A stretch of DNA of 63,181 nt, filler included, from Saprolegnia diclina VS20 (GCF_000281045.1; 5 parts of 2 records of this genome joined end to end with filler, not necessarily neighbours in it); one strand, 5' to 3'. Shown: positions 24,785 through 37,566, counted from the first letter of the whole stretch. Made by a program: numbers and translations. The notes: generated by a model not told the origin, from the sequence alone.

Positions 24785-26730
24785 ATGACGTCCCTGTGGC
24801 TCTGGGTGCTCACGGCGACCGCGGCGGCATGCGGCGCCCAACTGCTGGCGACACCGAGCAGCTTGAAGACAGTCGTTCTTCCAACGATCGAAGGCATTGG
24901 CGCTGGCGTCGGCCCGTCCTGCGTCGAGCCGCTCGAGTCGGGGTGGCTCAGCGCCGCGTATTTTGAAAAGGCGGCGATCGCAATGCGTTTTCGGATATCG
25001 ACGCTCGTGCTCCCGCCCGGCGACAGCGCGGAGCTTGTCGCTGTGGACGCACCGACCTTCGACCTCTCGGCGGCGCATCTCTCGCCCGTCGGCAATACGA
25101 GCTCGGGGCTCTGGACACCGCGCCTCTTTGCCAACCTCTGGCGCCTTCGGCTGCGGCGCACGACCCGTGTCTCGTACTGCGCCAATGGTTTTGGTGTCGG
25201 CGTTGATATGTACAGCTATTTTACCAGTCTCGACAGCGGTCATGACAACTCGGCTTCGGGCAGCAGAAGCGACGAGCAAGGCTGTGGCACCCGCAGCACC
25301 CACGCGATCTGCAACTACACGACGACGTCGCCGCTCACGAGCATGTACGCTTATAGCCGACCCGTCGTGCGTATTTGGGTGCCGACACCTGGTGTCGATG
25401 GCTTCAAGATGTGCACGGGCTGGCTCTGGGGCAGTCAAGGCCACGTCATCACCGCGAGCCACTGCATAGGTGCACCCTTACGAACCTCTTTGAGTTATAC
25501 AAGATTCATTCCTATAGGCAGTGCCCGCGATGCCAACCAAGTGCAGTTCGAGTTTCTAGCCGAAGCGTCGTGGTGCGGTGTCGACGTCGACTACACTGTG
25601 TGCAGCGGCGCCGTCGCGTCCGTGGCCGCGACTTGGGTCACCACCAACGTGATCCTGGACTACACACTCTTGCTGCTCTCGTCCGGGCCGAGCCTCGTGC
25701 AAAGCTACGGGTATCTCCAAGTCCACCCGACGCTCGCGATAGCACGCGGCATGCAAATTTATGTGCCACAACATCCGAATGGCGGGTGCAAGACAATAGC
25801 GTCGAGGAACCAAACGACGTTGCCGACAACCATCACAGGACTCACGTCCAAAGGGTTCGTGATGACGCGTGCTGCAGGACGCAGCGTCATCGCTTGTGTT
25901 TGTAGGTGCGACCTCAACAATGACGGCTTTTATCGAGGAGGTGTCATGTATGATGCAGACACGCAGCCGGGCTCGTCCGGCGCCCCAGTTCTGGATGCGA
26001 CGACCAATACGGTTGTCGCGATGCACTATTGTGGTGCTGCTGCCTGTTCCAACGCGGGGATTCCAATGGCCTGTATCGTCCGCGACCTTCTCTTTCAAAA
26101 TCTCTTGCCCGCGAATGCGCTGGGTGACGGCTTTGGCACCATACCCGCGTTTCCAGATCCCGTGGAGTTCCCACGCGCGCCGACTCTGCCGTTTCGCCAC
26201 CCGCCGTACTTTGGCGCGATTCGGCAGGGCGTTGTGCCCCGGCGACCGCGCTATACAACGGTTGATCATTATGAGCTGGTCGTTCAAGCCCCGACCAAGA
26301 TTATGGTTGATGTCGTCGTGAACGAGCTCAACACGACGTCCAATACGTGCGTTGACGTGCTGCGCGACTGCCGGATCACCTACTCGACGGGTGGCACAAC
26401 ACTGCGCGTCTACTCCAAACTCCTACCAGGTAGCGAGACACCAATCATTGAAATTTGAACCTCAAACTCCATGTATGTAGGAGGCGCACTGTACTCGAGT
26501 GACGACTTGCGACGAGCGCTGCCGTCCATGGGCAGCGACGACGGCAGCATCTCGAGCAACGACCCGTATTTGGTGATGACGCTGCCAGCGGGGCGCTACA
26601 TTCTCGCTTTTGGGCTCCTGCAGCTCGCCGACAAGGACGCTATCGCCGGCATCAACACGGACGCATTCTCCACCGACATTCACGAAGGCGCGTTTACAAG
26701 CTTTACGGCATCGCTTCCATACAAGATGAC
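24785..26730 (+). CDS. Tandem paralogous secreted S1 protease with the same C-terminal domain (3' end lost in a gap)
   Basis: CTGWLWG..GHVITASHC, DYTLL and PGSSGAP. C-terminal SDD...DGSISSNDPYL...LPAGRYILAFG. Intron at the same position after HCI as in the 22509 gene. Confidence 0.85.
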
Positions 26731-27225
26731 NNNNNNNNNNNNNNNNNNNNNNNNNNNNNNNNNNNNNNNNNNNNTTAATTAATTAANNNNNNNNNNNNNN
26801 NNNNNNNNNNNNNNNNNNNNNNNNNNNNNNAGTGACCGCAGCACAAGAGCTCTGGCGGGCAGTCAGTCGACTTGACGGTTATGGCTGCGACAGCAATGCG
26901 TAACCGGTTCGCGAGATGCTGGTTTGCACATATCCGGTTACCGTGATTATGAAGCGGTTGGTCATCGAGACGCTCGGACGTACGTTCATAGCAGCCCATG
27001 GTGCTCAGAGCAGAGGCCGCTGCAGGACGTGACCTGAACCCGCTTTCTGCAGGCGCGTGTGGCCATCAGCCTCATTTGCCGCAGCTACAACCCAGCGGCG
27101 TCACTTGATTTCAGTATGGTCATAGGAACATTGGTAATGAAATCGAACCCTGGAAACTCAGTTGGTCGAAGGATTTTTTGTGCATCGAAGAAGGAAGCGT
27201 CCATCATCACCATCATCATTGCATC

Positions 27226-29758
27226 ATGCAGACGCTTGAGATCGACGAGGCCATCGACGCCGACCCGCTACAGGAAGGCGCGCTCCGCGCGTTCGTCGGC
27301 CTCTTGCTCGGCGCCGTCGTCGCGCTCGTGGCCGCGCCCGTCGCGTACCTCTCGACGGCCATCACGCTCCTACTTCCAAGTGCAACGTACCGCCGTTTGC
27401 ACCTAAGCCTGCTGCACGCCTTGTGGGCGACCGAGTGGCGCCTGCTCCGGCTTCTCGTGCGGCCACGCCATCGTGCGTTCGAGGCGCTGCCCGTGCATGC
27501 CAACGTCATGTACGGGCTCGTGTACTTTGGCGCAGTCAATCTTATCGATGTCATCTGCGCTGCGCCGCCGCTGGTCGCTGCCGCCGCATCAGCAAATGTC
27601 ATTTACCTTCTCGCCACGGGCCCTTTGGATGCTGGCAGCATCGCTCTCCATGCGGCCTTGCTTCTCTTGAGCCTCGCCGCCGCCATCCTCTCCGCTCGCT
27701 TCGTGGGCTACCGCTTCTATGTGCCCTTTGCGACGGCGTGGGCGCACATGCGAGCCCGGCACATGGCGCCGCAGACTCCGCGCACACCAAGCCACGACGA
27801 CGAGGCGTCTGGTCATATCTACCTCGACATGACCGAGGCCAAGACGTCGGAGAATCCCTGCGTGGGCAGTGCGTACAGCGCTACCATGCATGCGTGGGCG
27901 AGTGCTGTCGCTGACAAGTGCACGCTCTCCATGTCGCATCTACCACAATATGTAGCTGCGACGTCGTTGTCGCCGCCGTCGTCGGAAACTTCAGCGACAG
28001 CGTCACCCTCGTCGCCCTCGCCGAAAGCTGCGATTGTCTACTTGCAGAGCACCAGCAGGAACCCTTCAAGCATCGTGATCGCACCACCCGCGGTCCGGCT
28101 GCAGCCACCGATGATCTGCGCGCCGTCGGCGCCGACCGACGACACGCTACTGCTTGCACTCACCCCGCGCCACGGCCGCCACATGGCGCCGATGGTCGCG
28201 CAGCTCGAGCGCCGGGCGTCACAGTCGTCGTCGAGTGAAGAAGAGGACTTTCAGGCTCTCTGCGACTCGATTTTGCAATGCCATGGCCGGCGCTACGACG
28301 TATTGAGTCCACCGCCAACGCCCGACGTCCGCGGCCACCACCGGTCGCTGCCGTCGTCCGTCTCGTCGGCGACATCGGACCAAGTCTTTCGAGGCCTCGA
28401 CGACCCGCCGCAGTTTACAGCGTACGCACCACGGCGCATCGCGATGGGCGCCGCGTTTGACTTGAGCATCTACTGCTTTGGCGGGCGACACGCCGGTGAC
28501 GTCGTCGAGGTCGCGCATGCGTACGACGCAGAGAGCCGCAAGGTGACCCGGACGATCGATCTGCCGCTGACCAAGGGCACGCACGTGACAATCTCGGTCC
28601 AAGTCCCGGACGGCTTCCGCCTCCTCGAGGCCGCGCACACAACTTTTGTCTGGTCGGGCAAGCTCGAGCACCTCGTGTTTCCGATCTTTTGCGAATTGCA
28701 TACGTCGATGCCAATGACGCCGCACACGGTGGCGGTGGCGATCGTCGCCAACGACTTTGCCGGCGTCCTTCGTTGCACCCTCGTCGTCGGGCCCAATGTC
28801 TCCAAGCACATCCAGTGCCAAGACGAGTGGTACCGCTTGGCGCCGGTCAGCGACGGTCTCGAGACGCTGCCAACCGGGTACAGACTCATTCGACGACCCA
28901 AGGAGCAGTGACCCATGCGCTTTGTCTCGTAGCTACAAGGAAATTACGTTTTCCGACCTGCACATGAAGCGCTGGATCGGCGCTGGCTTCTTTGGTGACG
29001 CCTACCTCGCCAACTATGACGGCCGGGACGTCGTTGTCAAGACGCTGCGTCAGACGGCAGACGACGTACGTTGGACGCAATATACCACTACTTGAGAGGC
29101 GCACTAGGTGTCGGCGTTGCAGCACGAAGCCGCCGTCTCGGCGCTCCTCGGGCACCACCCGTGCGTAGTGCCCTTTGTCGGCGCGTGCACCGACCCCTCG
29201 GCGCCGCTTGCGATCGTCACCGAGTACATGCCGCTCGGGTCGCTCGCCGGCGTCGTCGCCTCGCCGTCGGCCGCGACCATGTACCCTCCGTCCGTGCGCA
29301 CGAGCATGCTCCGTGACGCTGCCAACGGGCTCCTGCATCTGCACAACAATGCGTTCTTACACCGCGACATGGCCGCGCGCAACTGCCTCGTGGACGTGGA
29401 CGGGCGCGTCAAGATCGGCGACTTTGGCCTCGCGCGGCGCGGCGCTGTCGTCGATGCCAGCATGAGCGTCGGGCCGCTCAAGTGGATGGCGCCCGAGAGC
29501 CTCTCGCCGCCGCACGTGTTTTCCCCGGCCTCGGACGTCTTTTCGTTTGGCGTGACCATGTGGGAGGTCTACAGCGGCACCAAGCCGTTCGAGGGCCAGC
29601 ACGCACTCGACGTCGCCGTCCGCGTCTGCGAAGGCGACCGGCTGCCGCTTCAAAACGTGCCGATCCCCGAGGCGCACTTGGAGCTGATCGCCCGGTGTTT
29701 TGCGCCCGACCCAATGGCGCGCCCGAGCATGGCCGAGGTCTTTGCCCACCTCGCATAG
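27226..29758 (+). CDS. Multi-pass membrane protein kinase (TKL/TK-like), paralogue 4
   Basis: TM helices including LW..EW, the PQFTAYAP domain, and kinase motifs GAGFFG, VVVK, HRDMAARN, DFG, GPLKWMAPES and SDVFSFG. Introns at ~28878-28932 and ~29066-29107. Confidence 0.88.
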
Positions 29759-30004
29759 TCTAGTTGTTTCTCTTGTCGTATCGTCGTACGAGACTCCGTT
29801 GTCAATGGGGTGCAGTGGGCTTGGAGGCTTGAGTGCTTCGGCAGCTGCACCCGCGTAATACAAGCGTCGTCCCACAACATGAACACTGGTGTGTGTCGTG
29901 CCGACCCTAACCCGAGAAACCGACACGACAGTTTCACCCCTAACCCTCTTCACCCTCGGCCTGTCAAAGTAGGATCGTACGATGGGATTCGAGGATAGAC
30001 CTTA

Positions 30005-32419
30005 TCAGTACGGAAGCACGGCCAATTGGCCGAGAATCATGTCGCGGATGGCGTCGCGGTCGCTGTCATTGGACGCTGTGATCGTCGTCTTGTTGTCGTG
30101 ACGCGCATAGGTCACGAGAGCGTCGTGCGACGAGCCGACCGAGAGAATCACCAAGTCGCCTTGGTACTCGCTCTTGATGCTGCCAAATCTCGCCTAGTCG
30201 ATTTTAGATAGGACCAAAATGGCGAGGAAACGGCGCACCGCCAGGTCCTGCACAAGCACGTCCGTGTTGAGTTCGCCGACGCACACGTTTGAGAGCTCGC
30301 GCACACACAGCCGCTTGGTCGCGCGGTCGCCACCAATCGCTGCGGGCACGTTGCTAAAGGGCACGGGCACAAGGACACACTCGTCCGGTGTGATCTGGAT
30401 CTTGGTCGGAACCAGCGCTGCCGCGTTCTTCTCGATGAGCGTCAGCGTAATCTGCGCTGCGAGCTACTCACAGGTTCAACACGATCGACACGAGTATATG
30501 GCGCAGCTACCTTGGGGTCCAGGACGGCCTCGAAATTCTTTTTTGGCGCTTTGAGCACGACGACGGGCTCGAGTTGTCGAAGTAGCGTCGTTGCCGTCGG
30601 CAGTCGTCCCGAAATGAGCTCGTGAAGGCGCCGCACCGACTGTTCGTGCTCGTGGTGCTTCCTGCACAACACGGTGGTTCACGTTTGGTACATCGAGCAT
30701 GCCTACCACGTAAAGCACTCGGGGACGAGCAGGTGCTGCGGGAGGCACTGCGTCACCAGCGTGTTGGCGTCGTTGCACGAAAGCCGCATGTCGATGGGCG
30801 CCGCAATGACCTCGACGTTGTGCAGCGGCTGGTACGGGGCGAGCGCATGGCCCAGCGAGACGTGCGGGTCGATGCCAATGACTGCCCCGCCGCGCGCTTC
30901 CAGCTGCCGCAACAACAGCGCGGCGTCGCCCAGTCGAAACGACGGATCGCTCATAAAGATGAGGCTCGGCTCCTACAGACGGTCGTTGCACCACATATCC
31001 AGGTTGACAAGACAGCAGAATAAAGACCTCGAACGCCTTGACGAGCGCGGACGAGACGGTGGGCAGCACGCGCAACTGTCCGGTTTCACGCATCGCAGTG
31101 TGGGCAAAGGCAGGCTCGCCCGCAAAGATCTACGGTCGATTGGCTTGTATGCAGCAGCACAGTAGTCCTGACCTTGGCGATCTTGGCGTTGCAGAGCCAC
31201 TGCGGACCAAAGACGGCGTCGCACACGGCGTCGCCGGTCGGGGACACGACGTACACTGGGATCGGCGCGTGCTGGCGTGAGCGCAAATACAGCTCCCAGT
31301 TCTCAAGGAGCTCGAAAAAGACACCGTCGAGGGGGCACGGCACGAGACTCGACCCGCCGCGCGCGTACACCCGCAGCGCATGGTTCATGAACGCTTCGAT
31401 CTGGATCACCGTGTCGACCAGCGGACTCCGGTCGACCTTGAGGTCCGAGAGAAGCAAGACATCGCAGTCCTACACCGCGCTCTACGATCTTACGACTTGG
31501 TCAAGGTCAACGCACCTTGAGCTTTTGAAGGTCGAGCGGTGTCGAGTGCCGGATCTCGGACGCCGCTGTGGGCACATAGGCCTACGTTGGCGTCAGCGAC
31601 GGCCGCCTCTCTCGGTATGCGTACCAGGTTCTCCATGGCGCTTTCCAGGATCCACGCACTCGACCCGAGCGCGTAACCCGAGCTCACGGCGGTGATCTTG
31701 AGCTCGTAGGCAAAATGGATCGTCTACGAGCACGTTGGAGATGCGGCACATGATCACGTCGCACCGCGTTGTACGTGACGTAGGTGATGCGGTCGAGGCA
31801 GCGCTCGATCTCGTGGCGCGTGTACGGCTCGACCCACTTGTCAAACTCGAGATCCTACGCATGACAAGAATGTAACATTGGAGCATCGGCAGAGCGTGGC
31901 TACGAGAAGACGAGTTTGTTCGGCGCCGGGTAGATCTTTAATGTTGGAGCGCGACAGCCACGCCTTGGACGCGTGGCCCGAGAGCTTGCGCTTGCGCTCG
32001 AGCAGCTCGAGCATCTCGAGCAGGAGGAGCCGGCCAAAGCGCACGCACGGCTCGGTCGCATAGATTTCACCCTAGATCGTGCGGTCCTGGCCAGGGTTCC
32101 AGGACAGGCATGACGTACGCGGAAGGCCGAGCGTTCGGTGAGCAGCGGCAGCCCGAGGAAGCTCCAGTGGTTGGACACGACAACGCAATCGATGGCTTCG
32201 GCGTCCACGGCGTGCAAGCTCGGCGCGTAGTAGCGGCATGGCCCGTCGACAGGCAGGTGGGCGAGCGCCTTCATGTTCAAGCCGCAGTCCAGAAGCACCT
32301 GGCGGCCCGACATGGTCACATGGAACGAGTTGACGCCATCCTCGGCGCGGCCCAGTTGGATCTACGTCGTGCTAGGCATGAGCCATGCCCGTCGCCGCCG
32401 CAAGCCTCACCAGCTTCAT
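30005..32419 (-). CDS. INTS9: Integrator complex subunit 9 (inactive beta-CASP metallo-beta-lactamase), many introns
   Basis: MKL..., VLLDCGL, IDCVVVSN..SFLGLPLLTE..F.G.IYATEP...FGRLLL.E, SSGYALGSSAW and GGSSLVPC...GVFFELLE match INTS9. Confidence 0.85.
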
Positions 32420-32822
32420 GGTCACGTTGCTTGTGTCCGGATAGAATCCGGTAAATCCAAATGGTGCATTGCCGGATAAAAATTCAATCGATTGCGTGTG
32501 ATAAAAGAAATCTTTCTTTTATTCCTTTGCATTTCTTTTAATGCCTCGAGGCGACTGCCCGGCAGTACACCGCACGCTGGTAGTGCAATCGACCATCTCT
32601 ATCGTGATCAATGCCACGATCAGCATCGCATCTCTCTAGCGAGCGTGTCGTGCTCTAAACTTGCGTCAACGCCGCACCACCAACAATCCGCTGTGGCGTT
32701 GATGATGACGCGACTGGTCACAGTCTTTTAATGTCTTTTATCGTTGAAGAAAGAAAAAGAAAATTCTTTTACTCCAACGATGGTCAAAAGATACCATTTC
32801 GAGACGCGCGTTGGGTGCGTCC

Positions 32823-33578
32823 ATGGCGGTCCTGCGCCAACAGGAGCTTCTGCGCATCGTGTTCACGTACCAAGACGGCGTCTTTGAGGAGCTCTTGCCG
32901 CATGTCCATGCGTGGAAGCTCTTCAAGTATGCCAACCAGCGCGCTGCGTGGCTCCTCCTGCACTACGCTGGCCTGCACTGGCTCCAGCGGCTCTTTGCCT
33001 GTTGGCCCATCGCCGACTCGGTCGCGCTCATGGACATGGCGGCGAGCCACGGGCAGCTGGAGCTCGTGCGCTACCTCAGTGCCCACGGTGCGTCGGGGTG
33101 CACGGCGCATGCGATGGACGCGGCGGCGCGCAACGGCCACGACGACGTCGTCCACTTTCTGCATGCGACGCGGTCCGAGGGCTGTTTGCGCTACACGCTG
33201 GACCACGCCGCGATGAACGGTCACCTCTCGATCGTGCGCTTCCTCCACGACCACCGAAATGACGGCTGCTCGACCAACGCGGTCGACTACGCCGCTCGGA
33301 ATGGCCACATCGACGTCGTCGCGTTTCTCTTGCAGTGCCGCCACGAAGGCTGCACGCACCTCGCGCTCAAGTTTGCAGCGCAAAACGGGCACTTGGACGT
33401 GGCCGCCTATCTGGTTGGGCACGCGTCGACGGCGTGCATCTTGCTGGCCATGTTGACCGCGAGCGCCTATGGCCACGAGGACGTGGCCGCGTACCTGCGC
33501 GACGCGCATCCCAAAGCCCTCTGCACCGATGTACACTGTGTGTTTCAGCTTATCCCGGTCGTCTTGCCTGTCGAATGA
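32823..33578 (+). CDS. Ankyrin-repeat protein (oomycete-expanded type)
   Basis: Repeats of MD.AA.NGH..VV.FLH..R.EGC, with the family N-terminus VLRQQELLRIVFTYQDG. Confidence 0.92.
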   Translation: MAVLRQQELLRIVFTYQDGVFEELLPHVHAWKLFKYANQRAAWLLLHYAGLHWLQRLFACWPIADSVALMDMAASHGQLELVRYLSAHGASGCTAHAMDAAARNGHDDVVHFLHATRSEGCLRYTLDHAAMNGHLSIVRFLHDHRNDGCSTNAVDYAARNGHIDVVAFLLQCRHEGCTHLALKFAAQNGHLDVAAYLVGHASTACILLAMLTASAYGHEDVAAYLRDAHPKALCTDVHCVFQLIPVVLPVE

Positions 33579-33673
33579 CAAGTGCCATTAGATGAGTTTG
33601 CCTTTTGAGTTTGAATGGCGAGGTTGCCGTTTGAGTTTGATGTTGCAATCTTTTGGAAACGGCGCAATCATAC

Positions 33674-35953
33674 ATGGCTCACGCGAGCACGCTGGAGAAG
33701 AGTCGGTTCGCGCTCGCCCGGCTCCGCGCCGCCTCGTCGGACGCGCTTGATGCACTGCTCCAGGCCGTGCAGGCGCACAGCATGGAGGTCGTACTGGCGC
33801 CGCGGCTATGGGGGCTCTTCCAGCACTTTTCGACACTTGGGTCGGACCGGCTCAAAGCCCTTCGAGTCACGGAGATCCACGCGCTCGACAGCCACGTCGG
33901 CGACCAGCACAGCGCTGGCAGCGCGCTCGTCTTTATCGTGCAGCCCATCGTGGCGCAAGTGTATCTTGTCGCGCGACGCATTGCGAGCGTCGTCGAGCAC
34001 CAGCCGAAAGGCGCGCCGCCGCTCGTTGTCCACATCCTGCACGCCGGTCCCACCGCCTCGCTCCCCTCTTTCGTCATGCTCGTACATGTGTAGGCCCTTG
34101 GAACGCGCTCTGTGCCACGGTGCTCAACCAAGAACGCACGGCCGAGATCGTCCAGCTGACGCTGACGCTGTTTCCGCTCGGGTTCATTCCACTCGACAGC
34201 GACGTGCTCACACTGGGCTCAGACACGCTCTTGCGCGAGTGCTACTTGGGCAGCAACAAGACGAGCCTGGCGTAGGTACTCGCACCTGCATCAACACACA
34301 ACGCGATCGAGTAGGACGATGGCGCATGCGCTGTACCACCTCGAAGCAACGCTCGGCAAGATTGGCCACATCTTTTACAAGGGCGACCTCTCACATGCGC
34401 TGTGGAAGCACCTCGCAGCCCTCCACATTCAAAACGGCGTGCCTCCGCCCGCTACCTCCAAGAAGCACCGCGTCGACTGCCTCATGGTCTTTGACCGCAA
34501 GCTCGACTACTATGCACCACTGAGCACGCCATTGACGTGCGCCTCGCTTGTATCGAAAGAGAGCTAACGAGAGAGTAGGTACGAAGGTCTCCTCGACGAG
34601 GTCCTCGCGTACCGCGACGGCATGGTGCAGGTCGATGCAAATCTCTTGGACGACACGATCCCGAGCGGCCAGCAGCAGGTGTCGTCGGACAGTTAGATGC
34701 CATGTGGGAACCTACAACTTCCTAGGCGCCTATGAGCTTGTCGAGCGACGATGTCGTCTTTGAGCTCTGCCGCAACGTCCACATTCAAGCACTGGGACCG
34801 CTGCTGCAGCACCAAGTTGCGACCATCTCGGAGGAGCACGCGTCGCTTCAAAGAGCCATGCACGACGAAGCAGCGTGGAAGACCGATATCTCGAGCCTGC
34901 CGGGCCAAGTCCAAGCCCACTTGGTAGCCAAGTGTTATCGACCATCGCCGACACTTGTGTCGATGTAGCACCAGCAGAGCTTGCTCAACCAGCATCTACA
35001 GCTGTCGCAGCTGCTGCAGGCGACGACCAACTCGAAGGATTTCCGACGCCGCTGGCTCCTCGAGCGCGCCATGTAGTTCGCATATGCCTCGTCAGCCGCT
35101 GAGACTAGCGTAGTATGGAAGGCGAGCCGCGCCTCGGCGACATTGAGCAGCTCATTTGGAAGCAAGGCCCGCTCTTGCACGTGCTGCGTCTTCTGGCGCT
35201 GTACGTCGCCACTTCGCCGTACATCCGTTGTCGATGGCTCTATAGGCACAGCCTCGCCAACCACGGCATTCCGAGAGAGCGCTACTTTCATCTCAAGACG
35301 CAGATCATGCAGTTTTACGGCTACGAATACCTCCACACGTTCGACAACCTCGAGCAAGTCGGGCTCCTCCGCATGCACGATCAAGCGCAGAAAGCCCCGC
35401 CCAACCTCCTGCGGGCCTTTGGCTGCATCGGCAACTACGGCGGCGACGTCGTGCATCCCGAGGACGCGGGCTACGTCTCGGGCGGCTACACGCCGCTGCT
35501 CGTCAAGCTCGTGGACGCCGCACTCGGTACATCCCTACGTCGACGGCGGTGCGCGCACGCTCTGTAGGTCCGCGCCAGTGGGAGCCGATGGCCGAGCTCC
35601 TGCACCAACTGCCCGGTCCCTCGGCGCACTTTTCCACGTCCGACGCCGTAAGCACGATGTTGGGACCGTATCTGATCCAAGGCGGTAGAACAATCCGGGT
35701 AAGAAAAGGAAGACGTTCAAGACGGTGCTGCTGGTCGTTGTTGGCGGTCTCACGTGGCTCGAGATCGCAGCGCTGCGCTTCTTGGGCCAGCAGCGTACGC
35801 GACAATACCGGCCTCCAAGTTGCTCACGCGCCCGCACGACTAGGCAACGTCACGTTCTTGTTTGCGAGCAACTCGATCGCGTCCGGGCAGCGCTTCTTCG
35901 AGCCTCTCCTCGAAGCAGTCTACAACGGCCTGGTCGACGAAGACATCAAGTAG
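33674..35953 (+). CDS. VPS33: VPS33-like Sec1/Munc18 protein, many introns
   Basis: FPLGFIPLDSDVLTL, LMVFDRKLD...PLSTPLTYEGLLDE, FYGYEYL.TF.NLE.VGLL, GYV.GGY.PL and LVVVGGLT..EIAALRFL. Confidence 0.85.
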
Positions 35954-36255
35954 CTCTTCCTCTTGGTATTCCAGTACACGCAGAGCATTGCACAACGACA
36001 AGCCGGTTTCGTTGAAGCCTTGTGGCGGCTGTCGCCGTACCACACGCACCGCATACCGAGCACAAATGGCTTGTTGAAGGTCGGTTGCAGGGCGGTGGCA
36101 GAGACCTCGGTTGGCGGCGGTCGGCAAAGTCTAATGTTGGGTGCAAGCATTGCTCAACACAAGACAGGAACCGTTAACGTTATACGACTCGGGTACGCGC
36201 GTCTGCACGGGCATAGCCGACGATAAATAACACTGAGGACGAGGACGACGCGTGC

Positions 36256-36477
36256 TTAGAAGGTGTGGCGGGTCTGGTAGGCCGGCGGCGTCTGCGGGCA
36301 CAGCGGCGCGGGCGATGTGTAGTAGTTGGAGAGGATCGAGACCTTATCGAGCGCCGAGACGCGCGCGTCCTCGATCGGCGTGCTCAGCGCGCGACGGAGC
36401 TTGTCGACGTTGTGGACGACCTCGTTGAAGGACGGCGTGCTCTTGAAGCTGGCGAGCGAGAGCGACGGAAACGCCAT
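36256..36477 (-). CDS. Small hypothetical protein (73 aa)
   Basis: MAFPSLSLASFKSTPSF...RHTF with strong GC3 codon bias. An INR-like TCACTTT lies upstream at ~36518-36524. Confidence 0.55.
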   Translation of the reverse strand: MAFPSLSLASFKSTPSFNEVVHNVDKLRRALSTPIEDARVSALDKVSILSNYYTSPAPLCPQTPPAYQTRHTF

Positions 36478-37125
36478 GCTGGTGTGCGAAATTGGTGCGT
36501 AAGGAAGCGCGGCTTGCAAAGTGAAAGCGTCGCTGCGCAGCCAACTCAGACGCGCCACTCTACGGGCGCCATCTGGGTGTAACCTTGCCCGATCGCCATA
36601 CAAATCGTCGAAGCGCCAGTGCATTGTCCCACCGTTACTAGCACGACGGTATCTTTCGAACACGAGGGGTGTTGGCCAAAGCCTGGGCACGGCCTCGTCG
36701 GCGGAGAGGAGGGTTCAGAACGACACGTCGGCGGCGGAGACGGCGACTGCCAATACTGCCATCGAACACTCAAGACGGACGACAAATATGCAACCCAGTC
36801 TCGACCAGCTTTCATCTCTCGATATCAGAGCGCAGCTGCGCCAGCCGGTACAGTGTACGACGACGACGCGCCCGAGTCAGAAGCGAGGACGTTCAATGCG
36901 CCGACACAGAAACACGCTGACTCATCACCAAGCACCTTCGCAGCTCTTGTGGAAGCTCGGGGCGTCGGTCGAGACGCTGGCTTCGAGGCTTCGAAAAAAG
37001 CTTCGAAAAAGCGCTTGCGGTGCGACTGCCACGTCATAGGATCTATTTATAGCACGACGTGGCGCCTCAAAATGGCGCCAAATGTACCGGTTGGCGGGCC
37101 ATTTTGAGTCGCTACCTCGAGAGTT

Positions 37126-37488
37126 ATGGCGATGACCACTTCCGCTTCCGACGCCATGTGGCCGATCCCGACGCTCCTTGCATCGACGCCGTCGGGCCGC
37201 GAGGTCCGAGAGTACTACGTCGACGAAGGCACGCCCTCGGTAGACATGACCGTCGCAACGCACGCGCCTCTGCGGTCCTCTGCGCTTCCAGACGCGCCGC
37301 TTTTGCCGTGGTGGGGCTTCTTCCTCGGCGCACTCATCGCCATGCTCATGACGCTCGTCGTGTACAAGCTCGTGCGCGGCAAGCGAAAAGGCCGTCACTT
37401 GTACCGGACGGTCCCGCTCGCGCAACTCGTCTCGGTCTGCGAGTCGGGCGAAGGCGCAACCGAAGACTACGTCTTAATTGAGGTCTAG
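37126..37488 (+). CDS. Small single-pass membrane protein
   Basis: Hydrophobic WWGFFLGALIAMLMTLVVY followed by a basic stop-transfer segment, KLVRGKRKGR. Confidence 0.6.
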   Translation: MAMTTSASDAMWPIPTLLASTPSGREVREYYVDEGTPSVDMTVATHAPLRSSALPDAPLLPWWGFFLGALIAMLMTLVVYKLVRGKRKGRHLYRTVPLAQLVSVCESGEGATEDYVLIEV

Positions 37489-37566
37489 TCCGTTTCGCAG
37501 CTCAACTCGATAGATATATACACGCCAATAGAGAGAATATTTGATTGCCTTGTTGTTGAACGAGGA

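Noticed and set aside
26775..26786. TTAATTAATTAA within N runs (also at 50103, 58596 and 60796)
   Set aside because: Artificial scaffold linker with stops in all six frames, centred in 100-base gaps. Adjacency across these joins is therefore uncertain.
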